Source: a virus (taxonomy: Duplodnaviria; Caudoviricetes). From it: a DNA stretch of 47,553 nucleotides. How positions within the stretch are numbered: the first letter of the stretch is position 1; each line of letters starts with the position of its first letter. Of the stretch, positions 1-8,960 are shown one piece after another. Both the position numbers and the translations under genes were made by a program. Location of the stretch: IMG/VR virus record IMGVR_UViG_3300048865_000014, positions 1 to 47,553 of that record; one strand, written 5' to 3'. The notes beneath the pieces are model-generated. The model did not search any database, was not told the origin of the DNA, and was given only the letters and a program-made list of their open reading frames with translations.

Positions 1-1047
1 GCCGTGCTGAACCTGCCTTCGGACGCCGCTGCACGCGGTGCGCTGGACCAGCTGTCGGGCGAGATCCACGCGTCGGTGCAGACCGCATCGCTGCAGGACA
101 GCCACTTCGTGCGGGATGCGGCCACCGGCCGGCTGCGCGAGACGTTCTGCGCGGTGGGCTCGCAGAGCGACAAGCGTGACGCAACGTCGATGCAAGGTGA
201 AGGCTGCGGCCCCGAGTCACGCCGTCCAAGCGGCTGGGTGCGCGTGTTCGGCGGCTGGCAGCACACCGAGAGCAATGGCAATGCGGGCGCGATGAGCGAT
301 TCCACCGGGGGGCTGTTTGTCGGCGCCGACGCGTCGGTGTCCGAGCACTGGCGCGTGGGCGTGATGACCGGCTACAGCCACACCGACATCGACGTGGATT
401 CCCGCGACAGCTCGGCGTCGACCGACAACTACCACTTGGGCGTCTACGGAGGTGCACAATGGGGCGCCCTGGGCTTGCGCACGGGCGCGGCCTACACCTG
501 GCAGGATGTCAGCACGGGTCGCTCGGTGAATTTCGCCGGCTTCGGCGATGGCCCCTCGGCCAGCTACAACGCCGGCACCGCGCAGATCTTTGGCGACTTG
601 GGCTACCGCATCGACGCGGGACGTTACGCTTTCGAGCCCTTCGTCAATGTGGCGTATGTCAGGCAGCGCACCGACAGTTTCACCGAAGACGGCGGGGCGG
701 CCGCGCTGCACAGCCCCGGCGATCGCAGCGACGTGACCTTCAGCACGCTGGGCACCCGCGTTTCGACGACGATCAAGCTGGGCAGCATGGAGGGCAGGCT
801 GCGCGGCTCGCTGGGTTGGCGCCACGCCTTTGGCGACGACGCGCCGGTGTCGAGCCTGACCTTCCAGGGTGGCGGCAGCGAGTTCGGCGTCGCCGGCGTG
901 CCGCTGGCACGGGACGCGGCGGTAGTAGAGGCGGGCCTGGATATGAGCCTGAGCAAGAGCGCCGTGCTGGGCGTGAACTATTCCGGCCAATTCGCCGGCA
1001 GCTCCAACGCGCAGTCGGTACAGGCGACGTTGAAGGTGATGTTCTGA
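1..1047 (+). CDS. Autotransporter C-terminal beta-barrel domain (partial, host gene; 5' end probably outside window)
   Basis: ALDQLSGEIHAS linker, amphipathic beta strands (FEPFVNVAY, LGWRHAFGD), C-terminal Phe; high GC. Confidence 0.93.
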   Translation, partial: AVLNLPSDAAARGALDQLSGEIHASVQTASLQDSHFVRDAATGRLRETFCAVGSQSDKRDATSMQGEGCGPESRRPSGWVRVFGGWQHTESNGNAGAMSDSTGGLFVGADASVSEHWRVGVMTGYSHTDIDVDSRDSSASTDNYHLGVYGGAQWGALGLRTGAAYTWQDVSTGRSVNFAGFGDGPSASYNAGTAQIFGDLGYRIDAGRYAFEPFVNVAYVRQRTDSFTEDGGAAALHSPGDRSDVTFSTLGTRVSTTIKLGSMEGRLRGSLGWRHAFGDDAPVSSLTFQGGGSEFGVAGVPLARDAAVVEAGLDMSLSKSAVLGVNYSGQFAGSSNAQSVQATLKVMF

Positions 1048-1081
1048 TCGCTGCGGGGGATGGAAGCTGCCGCAAACCGCA

Positions 1082-1143
1082 GGTGGTGCCCGAGACCGGA
1101 ATCGAACCGGTACGGCCGATTAAAGCCGGAGGATTTTAAGTCC
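1082..1143. repeat. att core, integrase-proximal copy (duplicated 3' part of tRNA-Leu)
   Basis: GGTGGTGCCCGAGACC...GGATTTTAAGTCC identical to 46618-46679; spans anticodon arm to CCA end of the tRNA. Confidence 0.96.
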
Positions 1144-1183
1144 GCTCCAAATTGCTAGGAAATACGCGGGTCTCCGGCCGCTT

Positions 1184-1239
1184 CGTTCCGCATTTTTGCC
1201 GTAGGACTTGTCTGAGTAAATCGGCAAATGCGGAACGCC
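1184..1239. promoter_or_regulatory. Putative integrase arm-type binding sites
   Basis: CAAATGCGGAACGCC at 1225-1239 (identical to 46540-46554) and inverted CGTTCCGCATTT at 1184-1195. Confidence 0.7.
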
Positions 1240-1240
1240 G

Positions 1241-2275
1241 TCAGCGGACTGGTTTGATCTTCGGCACCTTGTTCCGATAGTGCTTTCTGGTGAGCCCAAC
1301 CGAACTGTGCTGTAGGAGCTTCGAGGCCTCTTCGTCCGTCTCCGCAAGGTTGCTGGCTCGTTTGCGCATATCTCGGAGATACATGGCCCGAATCTCTGCT
1401 GCTAACTCTGGAAACCCAGCATGCTGGGCGTTGTCGGCAGCCAGTTCACGGGCGGATTCGTATCTGGCCCTGAGCATCTCATAGCTGACAGGGCGTCCAG
1501 TTGGCGTAGATAGGAGCATCAAATGGTCGGCCTTCAATGCCCTGCGCCTTCTGACAAGCTCAGGCAGCACCGAAGATATAGACAGATCGAAGTCTGCCGC
1601 CTTCCCCGTCTTTGATGCCTTCAGACGCAGGATGTCGCTGGGCGGCAGGACGACAGTTCGGACATCGGTCAACCGCATGCCGGTTGCGGTGGACAAGTCC
1701 ATAGCGTCTTGCAAGACCTGATCGCCAGCGTAATACACCGCCTCGAAGAGGTCGTCAGTGACCTCGAATTCCCGTGCCTTCTCTTTATTCTTCCACTTGG
1801 ACTTCTCCATACCAGCAGCCGGCCATGGTAAGTCAGTCAGCCCGCATCGGCGCGCATAGTTCCAGACGACAGAGAAGGTAGCCATTTCCCGGTTCGCCTG
1901 GGTCTTCGCGGTCCGCTTCTTTAGATATGCGGTCAGGTGGCTAAGCTTGACTGCATCCCATGAGGCCGCAGCGAAGACAGGGCGCAGGAACCTAAGCGCC
2001 TTCGCGTACATGCGGCGCGTATCACGGTTGGCATATGACGGCAGTCCTTCTGTCTCATCCGTCTCCCAGGCCCGGAATCCTTCTTCGATGGTCCCGGATA
2101 CCCTGGGGGCGTCTTCGTGGATTTCTTTCCACTTCGCTAGGGCCTTGTCGTAATCCGTCCCTAGGGCGATGTCAGGCTCGCCCGTGCCGCGACGGTCATA
2201 GAAATAGTAGGTCGTCACCTTGCCGTTCTTGCGGCGGCGCGTATGCGACCTAAGCTTGGGATACTCGTTGGTCAT
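1241..2275 (-). CDS. int: Tyrosine recombinase (phage integrase)
   Basis: TGMRLTD (catalytic R), KTG, YLRDMRK, LLQHSS...HY motifs; adjacent to att. Confidence 0.95.
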   Translation of the reverse strand: MTNEYPKLRSHTRRRKNGKVTTYYFYDRRGTGEPDIALGTDYDKALAKWKEIHEDAPRVSGTIEEGFRAWETDETEGLPSYANRDTRRMYAKALRFLRPVFAAASWDAVKLSHLTAYLKKRTAKTQANREMATFSVVWNYARRCGLTDLPWPAAGMEKSKWKNKEKAREFEVTDDLFEAVYYAGDQVLQDAMDLSTATGMRLTDVRTVVLPPSDILRLKASKTGKAADFDLSISSVLPELVRRRRALKADHLMLLSTPTGRPVSYEMLRARYESARELAADNAQHAGFPELAAEIRAMYLRDMRKRASNLAETDEEASKLLQHSSVGLTRKHYRNKVPKIKPVR

Positions 2276-2475
2276 TTGACGGCGGAAAGGTCAGGCTCTG
2301 CGTACTTGGATATCTTCTTCCCCAGCACCCAAGCCTCTACGTGCTGTTCCATAACGATAGTCTCGTTACCCCGCGCTTGGAACGGGATTCCCTTCTCACG
2401 CAGCACCTGGCGCTGACAACTGGCCCGTTTAAAGCCTGTCAGCCGGTACAAGTCAGTGTCAGATAGGATGCTCAT
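2272..2475 (-). CDS. Excisionase-like small DNA-binding protein (DUF4224-like)
   Basis: 67 aa MSILSDTDLYRLTGFKRASCQRQVLREKGIPF; overlaps int start by ATGA. Confidence 0.75.
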   Translation of the reverse strand: MSILSDTDLYRLTGFKRASCQRQVLREKGIPFQARGNETIVMEQHVEAWVLGKKISKYAEPDLSAVK

Positions 2476-2527
2476 TACAATCCCCAATATTCCCGGGTTG
2501 TCTCTAGGATGCGCTGGAGTGCTTCGG

Positions 2528-2749
2528 TCAAACAGCCCGCTCCATGAATATCTCCTGCGCCATTCGCTCTGGCGGCGTGGCGGGAATGACAAGATCGCCG
2601 TGTTCATCTTCCAGGTCGAGGCGCTTGTCGATGGCCCAGTCAATAGCGGTGTCGTCGTCGCGGTGATACTGGTCGACAAGGGCCTTTTCGACTGCATTCC
2701 AATAGCGGTCGTAGGCGTGGTGGAACTTGGTCAGCTTACTTTGCATCAC
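2528..2749 (-). CDS. Hypothetical phage early protein
   Basis: Tightly packed in leftward operon, RBS present. Confidence 0.6.
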   Translation of the reverse strand: MMQSKLTKFHHAYDRYWNAVEKALVDQYHRDDDTAIDWAIDKRLDLEDEHGDLVIPATPPERMAQEIFMERAV

Positions 2750-2993
2750 GCTCTCCTGCGATGGCTTCGTCTATGGCGGCGTCTAGATCGTCGCCCTCCA
2801 GGATTCGCCGCGATCCCCACCCGGGTGCGCATGAGAAAACGGTTGGGGTGTCGGCTGCCGCGCAGGCCGATTCATCCCTCAGCCACGCATACCGCCGCGC
2901 CATCTTCACCAGCTTGCGAACCTCTTCAGGCCATAGCTTGACGTGTTTATCTACTTCGCTTTCTATCCGGTCCAAGTCTTCATTTGTCAGCAT
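2736..2993 (-). CDS. Hypothetical phage protein (Ead/Ea22-like ARRYAWLR...DLDAAID motif)
   Basis: Motif common in lambdoid early-left proteins; operon packing. Confidence 0.65.
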   Translation of the reverse strand: MLTNEDLDRIESEVDKHVKLWPEEVRKLVKMARRYAWLRDESACAAADTPTVFSCAPGWGSRRILEGDDLDAAIDEAIAGERDAK

Positions 2994-3369
2994 CGTCTAG
3001 CTCCGGTTTGATGTTCTCTCCCAGCGCAGCGGCAGCGCGGACCCCTAGCAGATCCCCGATGGCCTTGAATGAGGCGTCGTGTTCCTCCAGCGCTGCTATG
3101 TCGTCTGCCGGCTCGCAGTCGAACGGCATTTCGTACAGTCGCTTGTCCGCTTCATAGTGACAGCGAAGCGCCGCCTCCAGTTCCGCGATGCGGGCCTCCA
3201 GTCGCTCAATCTCGTCGTGGTCATCCTTCGCGTTATCGTGCAGCCGGTCGATGTAGTCCTGAGGCTGGCAGTACCGGCAGCCGTCGCCAGTCAGACGGAT
3301 GCGCAACGAGCATTGACACTCCGCCTTCGCCGCTCTCCTGAGCAGTTCCTTGTCCGTAGCGTCAGTCAT
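2980..3369 (-). CDS. Hypothetical phage protein with Cys motif and coiled coil
   Basis: CQC...GDGCRYCQP, EIERLEARIAELEAAL; start reassigned to ATG 3369. Confidence 0.65.
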   Translation of the reverse strand: MTDATDKELLRRAAKAECQCSLRIRLTGDGCRYCQPQDYIDRLHDNAKDDHDEIERLEARIAELEAALRCHYEADKRLYEMPFDCEPADDIAALEEHDASFKAIGDLLGVRAAAALGENIKPELDDADK

Positions 3370-3568
3370 TGAATCCTCGCGTAGCCTGTTTGTGGGCTTC
3401 CATCGCCTTGTCGTGCAGGGCCTGGACGGCATCGAGGATGGCACGCCACTCAGTGCCACCGCCTACCGCGTATGCGGCCTCGTTGATCCGGGTCAGAACA
3501 GGCATGATGGTGCATAGCTGCCTGTCGATCAGGTGCGCGGCTTCGTGCCTATTCATCGTTCGCCACAT
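3362..3568 (-). CDS. Hypothetical phage protein
   Basis: Overlaps both neighbours in leftward operon. Confidence 0.5.
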   Translation of the reverse strand: MWRTMNRHEAAHLIDRQLCTIMPVLTRINEAAYAVGGGTEWRAILDAVQALHDKAMEAHKQATRGFND

Positions 3569-3836
3569 GTGCAGCGGCGCGCGCCTCGGCCAACTGCTTG
3601 CGCAACTTCGTGATGACGCCCTTGGATGCGCGCAGTTGCAGCCGGGTCATGTTGTGGCTGGCGCATTCGCTCCGGAAATACCGCTCGTAGTTATCGCGGT
3701 CGCGGATCAGCTCCGTGTGCCGCTGCGCCATTTTCTCGGCGGCATCGGCGATGCGCTGCAGGCTGCCGGCATTGATGTGTTCCACGCTGTTGGACGAGGT
3801 CCAGTTAGTGCGGCTGGCTTGTCGAAAATCACTCAT
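3549..3836 (-). CDS. Hypothetical phage protein
   Basis: MSDFRQAS start with AGGGG RBS; coiled-coil C-terminus. Confidence 0.65.
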   Translation of the reverse strand: MSDFRQASRTNWTSSNSVEHINAGSLQRIADAAEKMAQRHTELIRDRDNYERYFRSECASHNMTRLQLRASKGVITKLRKQLAEARAAAHVANDE

Positions 3837-5181
3837 GGCTATCCCCCTCTGCGGCACGCTGGGCGCGGGCGGCGTCGAAGTCGTGCAACAGTATCCACAG
3901 GCCGTCTTTGCCCCACCGATCCACCGGGCAGCCGTGATAGAACTTGGTCGATTCGATTACGTGCCCGTTCAGCACGCCACCTGGGCTATGGTCGCTCGGA
4001 CGGCGGTCGACCAGCACTAGGGCGCTATGCGTACCTGCGGTCCACACGTACACCCCGGGCTTCGTCGGCGTCGCATCCCCCGCGCTGGGCTGGCGAGACA
4101 GGGCGGCGCGGGCTTTCGCTGTCAGTTCGCGCACCAAGTCGGCGGCGATGGTTCCGTATCCGTGGTCGTCGCTGTCGTTGGAATACTCGACGAGCTTGTC
4201 CAGATCGCGAAGCGCTAACGCCCGCTCGTCGCCCTGCGCATAGATGCCCGTATTGCAGAACGCGCAGCCCATGTGCTCGCGTTCGGCGCGTTCGATCTCA
4301 TTGACCGGCGGCGGGCAGTTCGGGTGCGCGTCGCCCTGCGCAGCCGGTGCGGGCTCACCCATGAACGTCGGCCCGTTGATGCTCGCTGCGAACTTGCGGT
4401 TCAGCTCTTCGGCTTCCAGTGCACGCCGCTTCCAGATTTCGAGGTCTTCGCGCGCCCCCACGTAGGCATCGCGCATATCTTGCTGCGCGGGCGCATCCGA
4501 TGGCGCTCGGTTTGCAACGGAGCGGAGGATCGCGGCCTGTTCCTCGACTTCGGGAATGTAGTGCCAGCGCTCCAGGTCATTGGCCAAGGCGTATTCCTTG
4601 ATGCACGACACATAGCTTTCCAACATGCCGGCGATATGCTGGAAGTCCACCGCCCCGGCATCTACAGGTGCGGGTGGGGCGTCGTAGACGATGCGCGAAC
4701 GAATGTCGCGCCGAACCGATATGTCGTCGTATTCGGCCTTATCCATGTCCATCCACAACTTGGCGCTGGTCGGGTTATCGTCATCGTCGTTCGTCATGCA
4801 CTGATAGATCGGCACCGCCCCGGCCTCTACAGGTGCGGGCCGGTCGTAGAGAGGCAAGTATTTTTCGCCCCAAATGTCTGATGGGTCGTTGCTCCCGCGA
4901 CAGAACAAGGGCGCTTTCCCCATGTTGTGTTCGAGCATCCACGCCACCGGCACCGCCCCGGCGTCGCTGGCTTTTGCCGCTTCCCATCCGTCCGCACGGC
5001 CTCGCGTGTATTCGGCTGCCTTCTCGGCCTCGCTTGCGGCAGGCAGGCGGGCGCGAAGATCAGACGTATCCAGCATCCCCCAATTGCATTCAGGGCGTGG
5101 GTTGTCATCTGTGAGAATGCTTCTCGCGCGGTCCATTCGGTCTAAGGCTTCGCTCAGCACCGTCTGTTCATTGGTCTTCAT
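3829..5181 (-). CDS. Mosaic multi-module early phage protein (450 aa)
   Basis: Long ORF, RBS AAGGAAGG, repeated linkers (PAPVE/DAGAV). Confidence 0.75.
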   Translation of the reverse strand: MKTNEQTVLSEALDRMDRARSILTDDNPRPECNWGMLDTSDLRARLPAASEAEKAAEYTRGRADGWEAAKASDAGAVPVAWMLEHNMGKAPLFCRGSNDPSDIWGEKYLPLYDRPAPVEAGAVPIYQCMTNDDDDNPTSAKLWMDMDKAEYDDISVRRDIRSRIVYDAPPAPVDAGAVDFQHIAGMLESYVSCIKEYALANDLERWHYIPEVEEQAAILRSVANRAPSDAPAQQDMRDAYVGAREDLEIWKRRALEAEELNRKFAASINGPTFMGEPAPAAQGDAHPNCPPPVNEIERAEREHMGCAFCNTGIYAQGDERALALRDLDKLVEYSNDSDDHGYGTIAADLVRELTAKARAALSRQPSAGDATPTKPGVYVWTAGTHSALVLVDRRPSDHSPGGVLNGHVIESTKFYHGCPVDRWGKDGLWILLHDFDAARAQRAAEGDSHE

Positions 5182-5476
5182 GGCCTTCCTTGGTAGATGG
5201 GATGATGGCGAGGGGCTTCAGATGCGTGTCGCGCGGTTCCGGGAATACCACCGCATGAAAACCCTTCGACAACAGTTTGATGGCTGCTGCATCGGCCCAC
5301 GCCACCACCTTCAACTCCGCCTCCCACTCCGCGCGGGCCTGGGCGATGATGGCGCGGCCGTATTCCTCGATGTCCGCGACGCACCGCGCACGGTTGCTGC
5401 TGCCGGGTATCTGGGAAAGCCAGTCGTCATCAGGAGAGTTGAAGCCAGCCGGAAGGCGAGGTAGGGTCGTTTTCAT
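5168..5476 (-). CDS. Hypothetical phage protein
   Basis: MKTTLPRLP start with AAGGAG RBS. Confidence 0.65.
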   Translation of the reverse strand: MKTTLPRLPAGFNSPDDDWLSQIPGSSNRARCVADIEEYGRAIIAQARAEWEAELKVVAWADAAAIKLLSKGFHAVVFPEPRDTHLKPLAIIPSTKEGHEDQ

Positions 5477-6051
5477 GTTGTCGGCTCCTTGCGGTCGATG
5501 GACCATCTTGTTGGTACGGCAGGATGTTCCCTCCAGGCATCTCCACGAGCAGCACGCTCTATCGTCACTCGATCCACTTCGAACGCAGCGGCCAAGTCGT
5601 CAGGGCGCCAGATCCCGCGATCCTTCATGGAGTACAGCTTGCGCAGAGTCGAAACATCCCACTCGGTAAGCTTGTGGGCGCCGTGCCGTTCGCCTACCTG
5701 ATGCGTCCCATGCCGTCGCTTATCCGCATAATTCTCAGCGGCGGTCCCCCAACGTAGGTTGCTCAGGCAGTTGTTCGTTGGATCTCCGTCGTAGTGACAT
5801 GCCTGCCTATCTGGAGGACGCGGGCCAACAAACGCAGTAAGTACTAGGGCGTGTACGGCGCGCTGCACCCGTATGCACTTGGGTACATACAAGCAGACAC
5901 GCAGATAACCTTTACGCCCAACGCGAGGGACGAGAATCCTGTCCCCTCGGCGCACCCGGCCGAGGTTCGAAACCTCGTAAGTCGGATAACCCGGAACGTC
6001 CTTCCAAATCTCTTCCGGCAACTCCGGCCGGGCAGGGGTGGGGTTAGGCAT
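5473..6051 (-). CDS. NUMOD4-HNH endonuclease
   Basis: EEIWKDVPGYPTYEVSNLGRVR (NUMOD4), VHALVLTAFVG...ACHYDGDPTNNCLSNLRWGT (HNH_3). Confidence 0.9.
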   Translation of the reverse strand: MPNPTPARPELPEEIWKDVPGYPTYEVSNLGRVRRGDRILVPRVGRKGYLRVCLYVPKCIRVQRAVHALVLTAFVGPRPPDRQACHYDGDPTNNCLSNLRWGTAAENYADKRRHGTHQVGERHGAHKLTEWDVSTLRKLYSMKDRGIWRPDDLAAAFEVDRVTIERAARGDAWREHPAVPTRWSIDRKEPTT

Positions 6052-6671
6052 TATTGAATCCTCGGGGATGGTGACCATGGTTTGCAGCGCCGAACTCTGT
6101 AGAGCGCCTTCCGGTAGTCGATCCCGGAGAGTTCGCAGGCCTGGGAGAGCGGCATCTTGACCCCCATGAACTCTACAAGTCGGTGTTTCCTCTTGTTCCG
6201 GCTTTGCTCCTTCGGCGTAGCCCACCGGCAATTTGATGGCTCGTAGTTGCCGTTCACATCGATACGGTCAATCGAATGCTTGGCGCTCGGCCTTGGTCCC
6301 ATGTCAGCCAAGAAGGCCTCAAAGTCCGACTCCCAGGCAGCGCAAACTCGGATGCCTCTGCCGCCATAATCGGGGTACTTTGCGTCATTGGGATTGGCGC
6401 ATCGCGACTTCATCTTGATCCAGATGTTGTACTCGGCGGTCTTAGTTTTTCCATGAGTGCGACGGTTAGCGCATATGGAGGCAACTACTTCCCTTTGATA
6501 GCAACCACAGCTTTTCAAGACCCCGATCAATAGTGACCTTGGGTCAAATGCCTTTCGTGCCCCGCACGTGCAGACGCAGATTACGGTCCTGCGTCCACCC
6601 TTCCGTGGGCCATCAGCTTCGACGGTTAAGCGCCCGAAGGTACGACCGAGCACATCAATCCTGTTCGGCAT
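6051..6671 (-). CDS. HNH homing-endonuclease-like protein
   Basis: GRTFGRLTV..C.C.CG..SCGC zinc motif, YGGRGIRVC..W, SIDRIDVNGNYEPSNCRWAT. Confidence 0.88.
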   Translation of the reverse strand: MPNRIDVLGRTFGRLTVEADGPRKGGRRTVICVCTCGARKAFDPRSLLIGVLKSCGCYQREVVASICANRRTHGKTKTAEYNIWIKMKSRCANPNDAKYPDYGGRGIRVCAAWESDFEAFLADMGPRPSAKHSIDRIDVNGNYEPSNCRWATPKEQSRNKRKHRLVEFMGVKMPLSQACELSGIDYRKALYRVRRCKPWSPSPRIQ

Positions 6672-7008
6672 CGGCGCCTCCTGTCTTCGCAATGTCTCGC
6701 CACCCGGAGGGCTGCTGGGCAGCAGTCTCAATCCGAGTCATCAGTTGATTAAACGCATTCTTCCCCGGCTGCTTAGGGTCGTAGCGAAGCACAACCTCAT
6801 CCGCTGTGATTTCGTGAGGGCAGCTCACTACGGCTCGCGTCAGGTCTGATCGGGGCTGCTGGGGGTGGGCGAGTACCGTAATAGCCTTATCGATCAACTT
6901 GCGAACAAGATCGGTACTTAGCGTTCCGTATTGGGCTCCGTCGCTGTCGTCGGCATAGTCGAGCAGCGTGTGGAGGTTGTCCAGAGCTTCGGTATGGTCG
7001 TTGCTCAT
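6655..7008 (-). CDS. Hypothetical phage protein
   Basis: Shares a ~35-aa module with the 3829-5181 protein. Confidence 0.65.
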   Translation of the reverse strand: MSNDHTEALDNLHTLLDYADDSDGAQYGTLSTDLVRKLIDKAITVLAHPQQPRSDLTRAVVSCPHEITADEVVLRYDPKQPGKNAFNQLMTRIETAAQQPSGWRDIAKTGGADAEQD

Positions 7009-7017
7009 CTCCACCCC

Positions 7018-7167
7018 TTACGCAGCGATGAACTTGCGGATGCGGGTCGGCCAGTGAGTCCGCTTCGCGGAATCGCGCGCCCAACTACGACTGCGGTGCA
7101 TGCTCATGATCAACCATTTCTTGGTTGGCGGGTGTTGCCCATAAACTACCCATACGTGTTCTTGCAT
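7018..7167 (-). CDS. Small hypothetical protein (49 aa; below ORF-track cutoff)
   Basis: Hand-translated MQEHVWVVYGQHPPTKKWLIMSMHRSRSWARDSAKRTHWPTRIRKFIAA*, AAGGAG RBS, fills the operon gap exactly. Confidence 0.6.
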   Translation of the reverse strand: MQEHVWVVYGQHPPTKKWLIMSMHRSRSWARDSAKRTHWPTRIRKFIAA

Positions 7168-7177
7168 GGCTGGCTCC

Positions 7178-7435
7178 TTAGAAGGGTGCGGAATCGTCGT
7201 CGCCGTAGACCGGCTTGCGGGCAGCGGGCTTCTCTTGCTGCGGTGCGGATTCCTTCTCTTCCTTCGGCGTGACAGCGAGGCTCATGAACTTCCCCTTGTT
7301 GCCTTCTTTGATCCAGGCCGAGAGCCAGCATTCGATCCCCAGGACGTTGATGCTGCCCCGGTAGTCCGGGTGGGTATCCTTCTCCTTCTTGTCGTTTTTG
7401 AAGAGGACGCCAGAATTGGTGTTGTCGTAAGCCAT
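7178..7435 (-). CDS. Small putative ssDNA-binding protein (DUF736-like)
   Basis: GVLFKN..K...HPDYRG..W...W.K...KFMSL; acidic tail DDDSAPF like SSB C-termini; follows exonuclease. Confidence 0.6.
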   Translation of the reverse strand: MAYDNTNSGVLFKNDKKEKDTHPDYRGSINVLGIECWLSAWIKEGNKGKFMSLAVTPKEEKESAPQQEKPAARKPVYGDDDSAPF

Positions 7436-7443
7436 GGTTGCTC

Positions 7444-8052
7444 CTATGCGGCAATGCGGTTGAGTGTTTCGACTTCGGCGGCTACTTCATCAAGGAAGGC
7501 TTTGACCTCCTTGGCGAGCACATCGATGTAGTCAGCATCCCGGCTGACTCGGGTGATGAACAGTTGCAGGCGGTCAGGCATGCGGGGGTCGTAGCTGACG
7601 AAATCGCACCAGTCTCGGCCGGTAATCCAAAGCTGCCCTTGCACTTGCGCGTAGTGCTCGGTGGGGCATGTCTCCGCCTTCAGGGTTTCGATATGCGTTG
7701 CCGAGACAGGGCACTTGATTTCGATAAGGCCGTGCTCACCGATATAGCCATCAGGGGACGCGCCCGCCATCAGTTCGGGGTGTTCAATGAAACCAACTTC
7801 CTCGACCTCGTTGCCGGTCTGTGCCATGTACGCGATCCGAGCGAACGGCTCTTGCTCCGTACCCCACTGCATGGCGGCATTGGAATACGAGTCTTGCTGC
7901 TGGCCGGTTAGCCGCTCAATTACTAACTGGGCGCGATAGTTCCTGCGGTCCGCGGCCTCTCCGGTTTTTACCTTCGCGAGAATCTTGCGGAAGTTGCTGG
8001 CCGTCGCTTTACCGAGACGGGCCTTGAACCATTCATCAGTCCGCTGATCCAT
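7444..8052 (-). CDS. YqaJ/lambda-type exonuclease
   Basis: [47 protein letters not shown] motifs. Confidence 0.95.
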   Translation of the reverse strand: MDQRTDEWFKARLGKATASNFRKILAKVKTGEAADRRNYRAQLVIERLTGQQQDSYSNAAMQWGTEQEPFARIAYMAQTGNEVEEVGFIEHPELMAGASPDGYIGEHGLIEIKCPVSATHIETLKAETCPTEHYAQVQGQLWITGRDWCDFVSYDPRMPDRLQLFITRVSRDADYIDVLAKEVKAFLDEVAAEVETLNRIAA

Positions 8053-8830
8053 TGCCGCCTCCTTGCAGTTCCTTCATGCGGACCTGGAAGTACGGCAGGT
8101 ACTTCTTGCGCTCATCCGCCTTCAGGGTGTTCATGATCTTCGCCAAGTCTTGAACGGTCTTGGCTTCCTTCATGGCGGGATGCTCAACCGGCGACCCGGC
8201 GGGAAGCGGGTTCCCGTCGCTGTCAGTGGCAGCCCCGCGCAGCTCTTCCGGCATATCTTCAATGTCCTGAGTGAAGATGTCAGAAGCGCCCAGCGCCGTA
8301 AGCGTGAAGTCGATCTGCGCCCGCTTCTTAGCCATCTTCAGGACGGTATTGGCCAGGTCGGCCGGTTCGGTCCGCACCTGCTTGACTTGGAGAATGTCGT
8401 AGCCGCGCATGGCCTTGTTCCACGTCCTGGCGAACTTGATGCGGCGGCGGGACTCGGGATAGAACTCCCATTCCTCGTCGCAGACAGCCGTGCGCCACTT
8501 GTACTTTTCTTCCCCGGTGGAGCACTCGCCAATGCCTTCCCCCACAACCGTCGTGGTCGGCTGGTGGAACCCGACGGCCTTGACCCGGTAGCGGATTTCG
8601 TCCCCAGTTGACAGGTCGTCAATCTCCAGGCGCAGGCCCATGTGGAAGGTGGTCAGCAGAACTTCGGAGCCGGCCTTGTACAGCGTCGGCTTCTGCGTGC
8701 CAGGAATCTTCCCGTAGTGTGTGTCTTCCTTCATGACTGCCTGCATGACCTTCTGCACAGCGTTGATACGCTCGCGCATCTGGTCTGCTGACATAATCGC
8801 CCCTTGGGGCACTTCTACTATGGCGTTCAT
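8036..8830 (-). CDS. Probable single-strand annealing/recombination protein
   Basis: Directly upstream of exonuclease; KPTLYKAGSE, GIGECS, NTVLKMAKKRA..D, SDIFTQDIED motifs typical of phage proteins at the SSAP position. Confidence 0.6.
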   Translation of the reverse strand: MNAIVEVPQGAIMSADQMRERINAVQKVMQAVMKEDTHYGKIPGTQKPTLYKAGSEVLLTTFHMGLRLEIDDLSTGDEIRYRVKAVGFHQPTTTVVGEGIGECSTGEEKYKWRTAVCDEEWEFYPESRRRIKFARTWNKAMRGYDILQVKQVRTEPADLANTVLKMAKKRAQIDFTLTALGASDIFTQDIEDMPEELRGAATDSDGNPLPAGSPVEHPAMKEAKTVQDLAKIMNTLKADERKKYLPYFQVRMKELQGGGNGSAD

Positions 8831-8960
8831 CGCATCCTCGTTTATCTATTCGCCACCCGCGCCCAGTTCTCCCGGGCCTGAATTCGTTGCGAGTCCTCGT
8901 AGTCCCAGTGCCGCGCAAGGAACAGCGCTACGAAGGCCCCTGCGATCATGAGAAGCAGCC

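Noticed and set aside
217-990. Long antisense ORFs here and throughout (e.g. 3369-4304, 19080-20081, 26728-27648, 45210-46028)
   Set aside because: High-GC shadow frames opposite well-supported genes
1084-1143. Second tRNA-Leu gene
   Set aside because: Only the 3' part is present (no D arm or 5' acceptor strand); it is the att duplication
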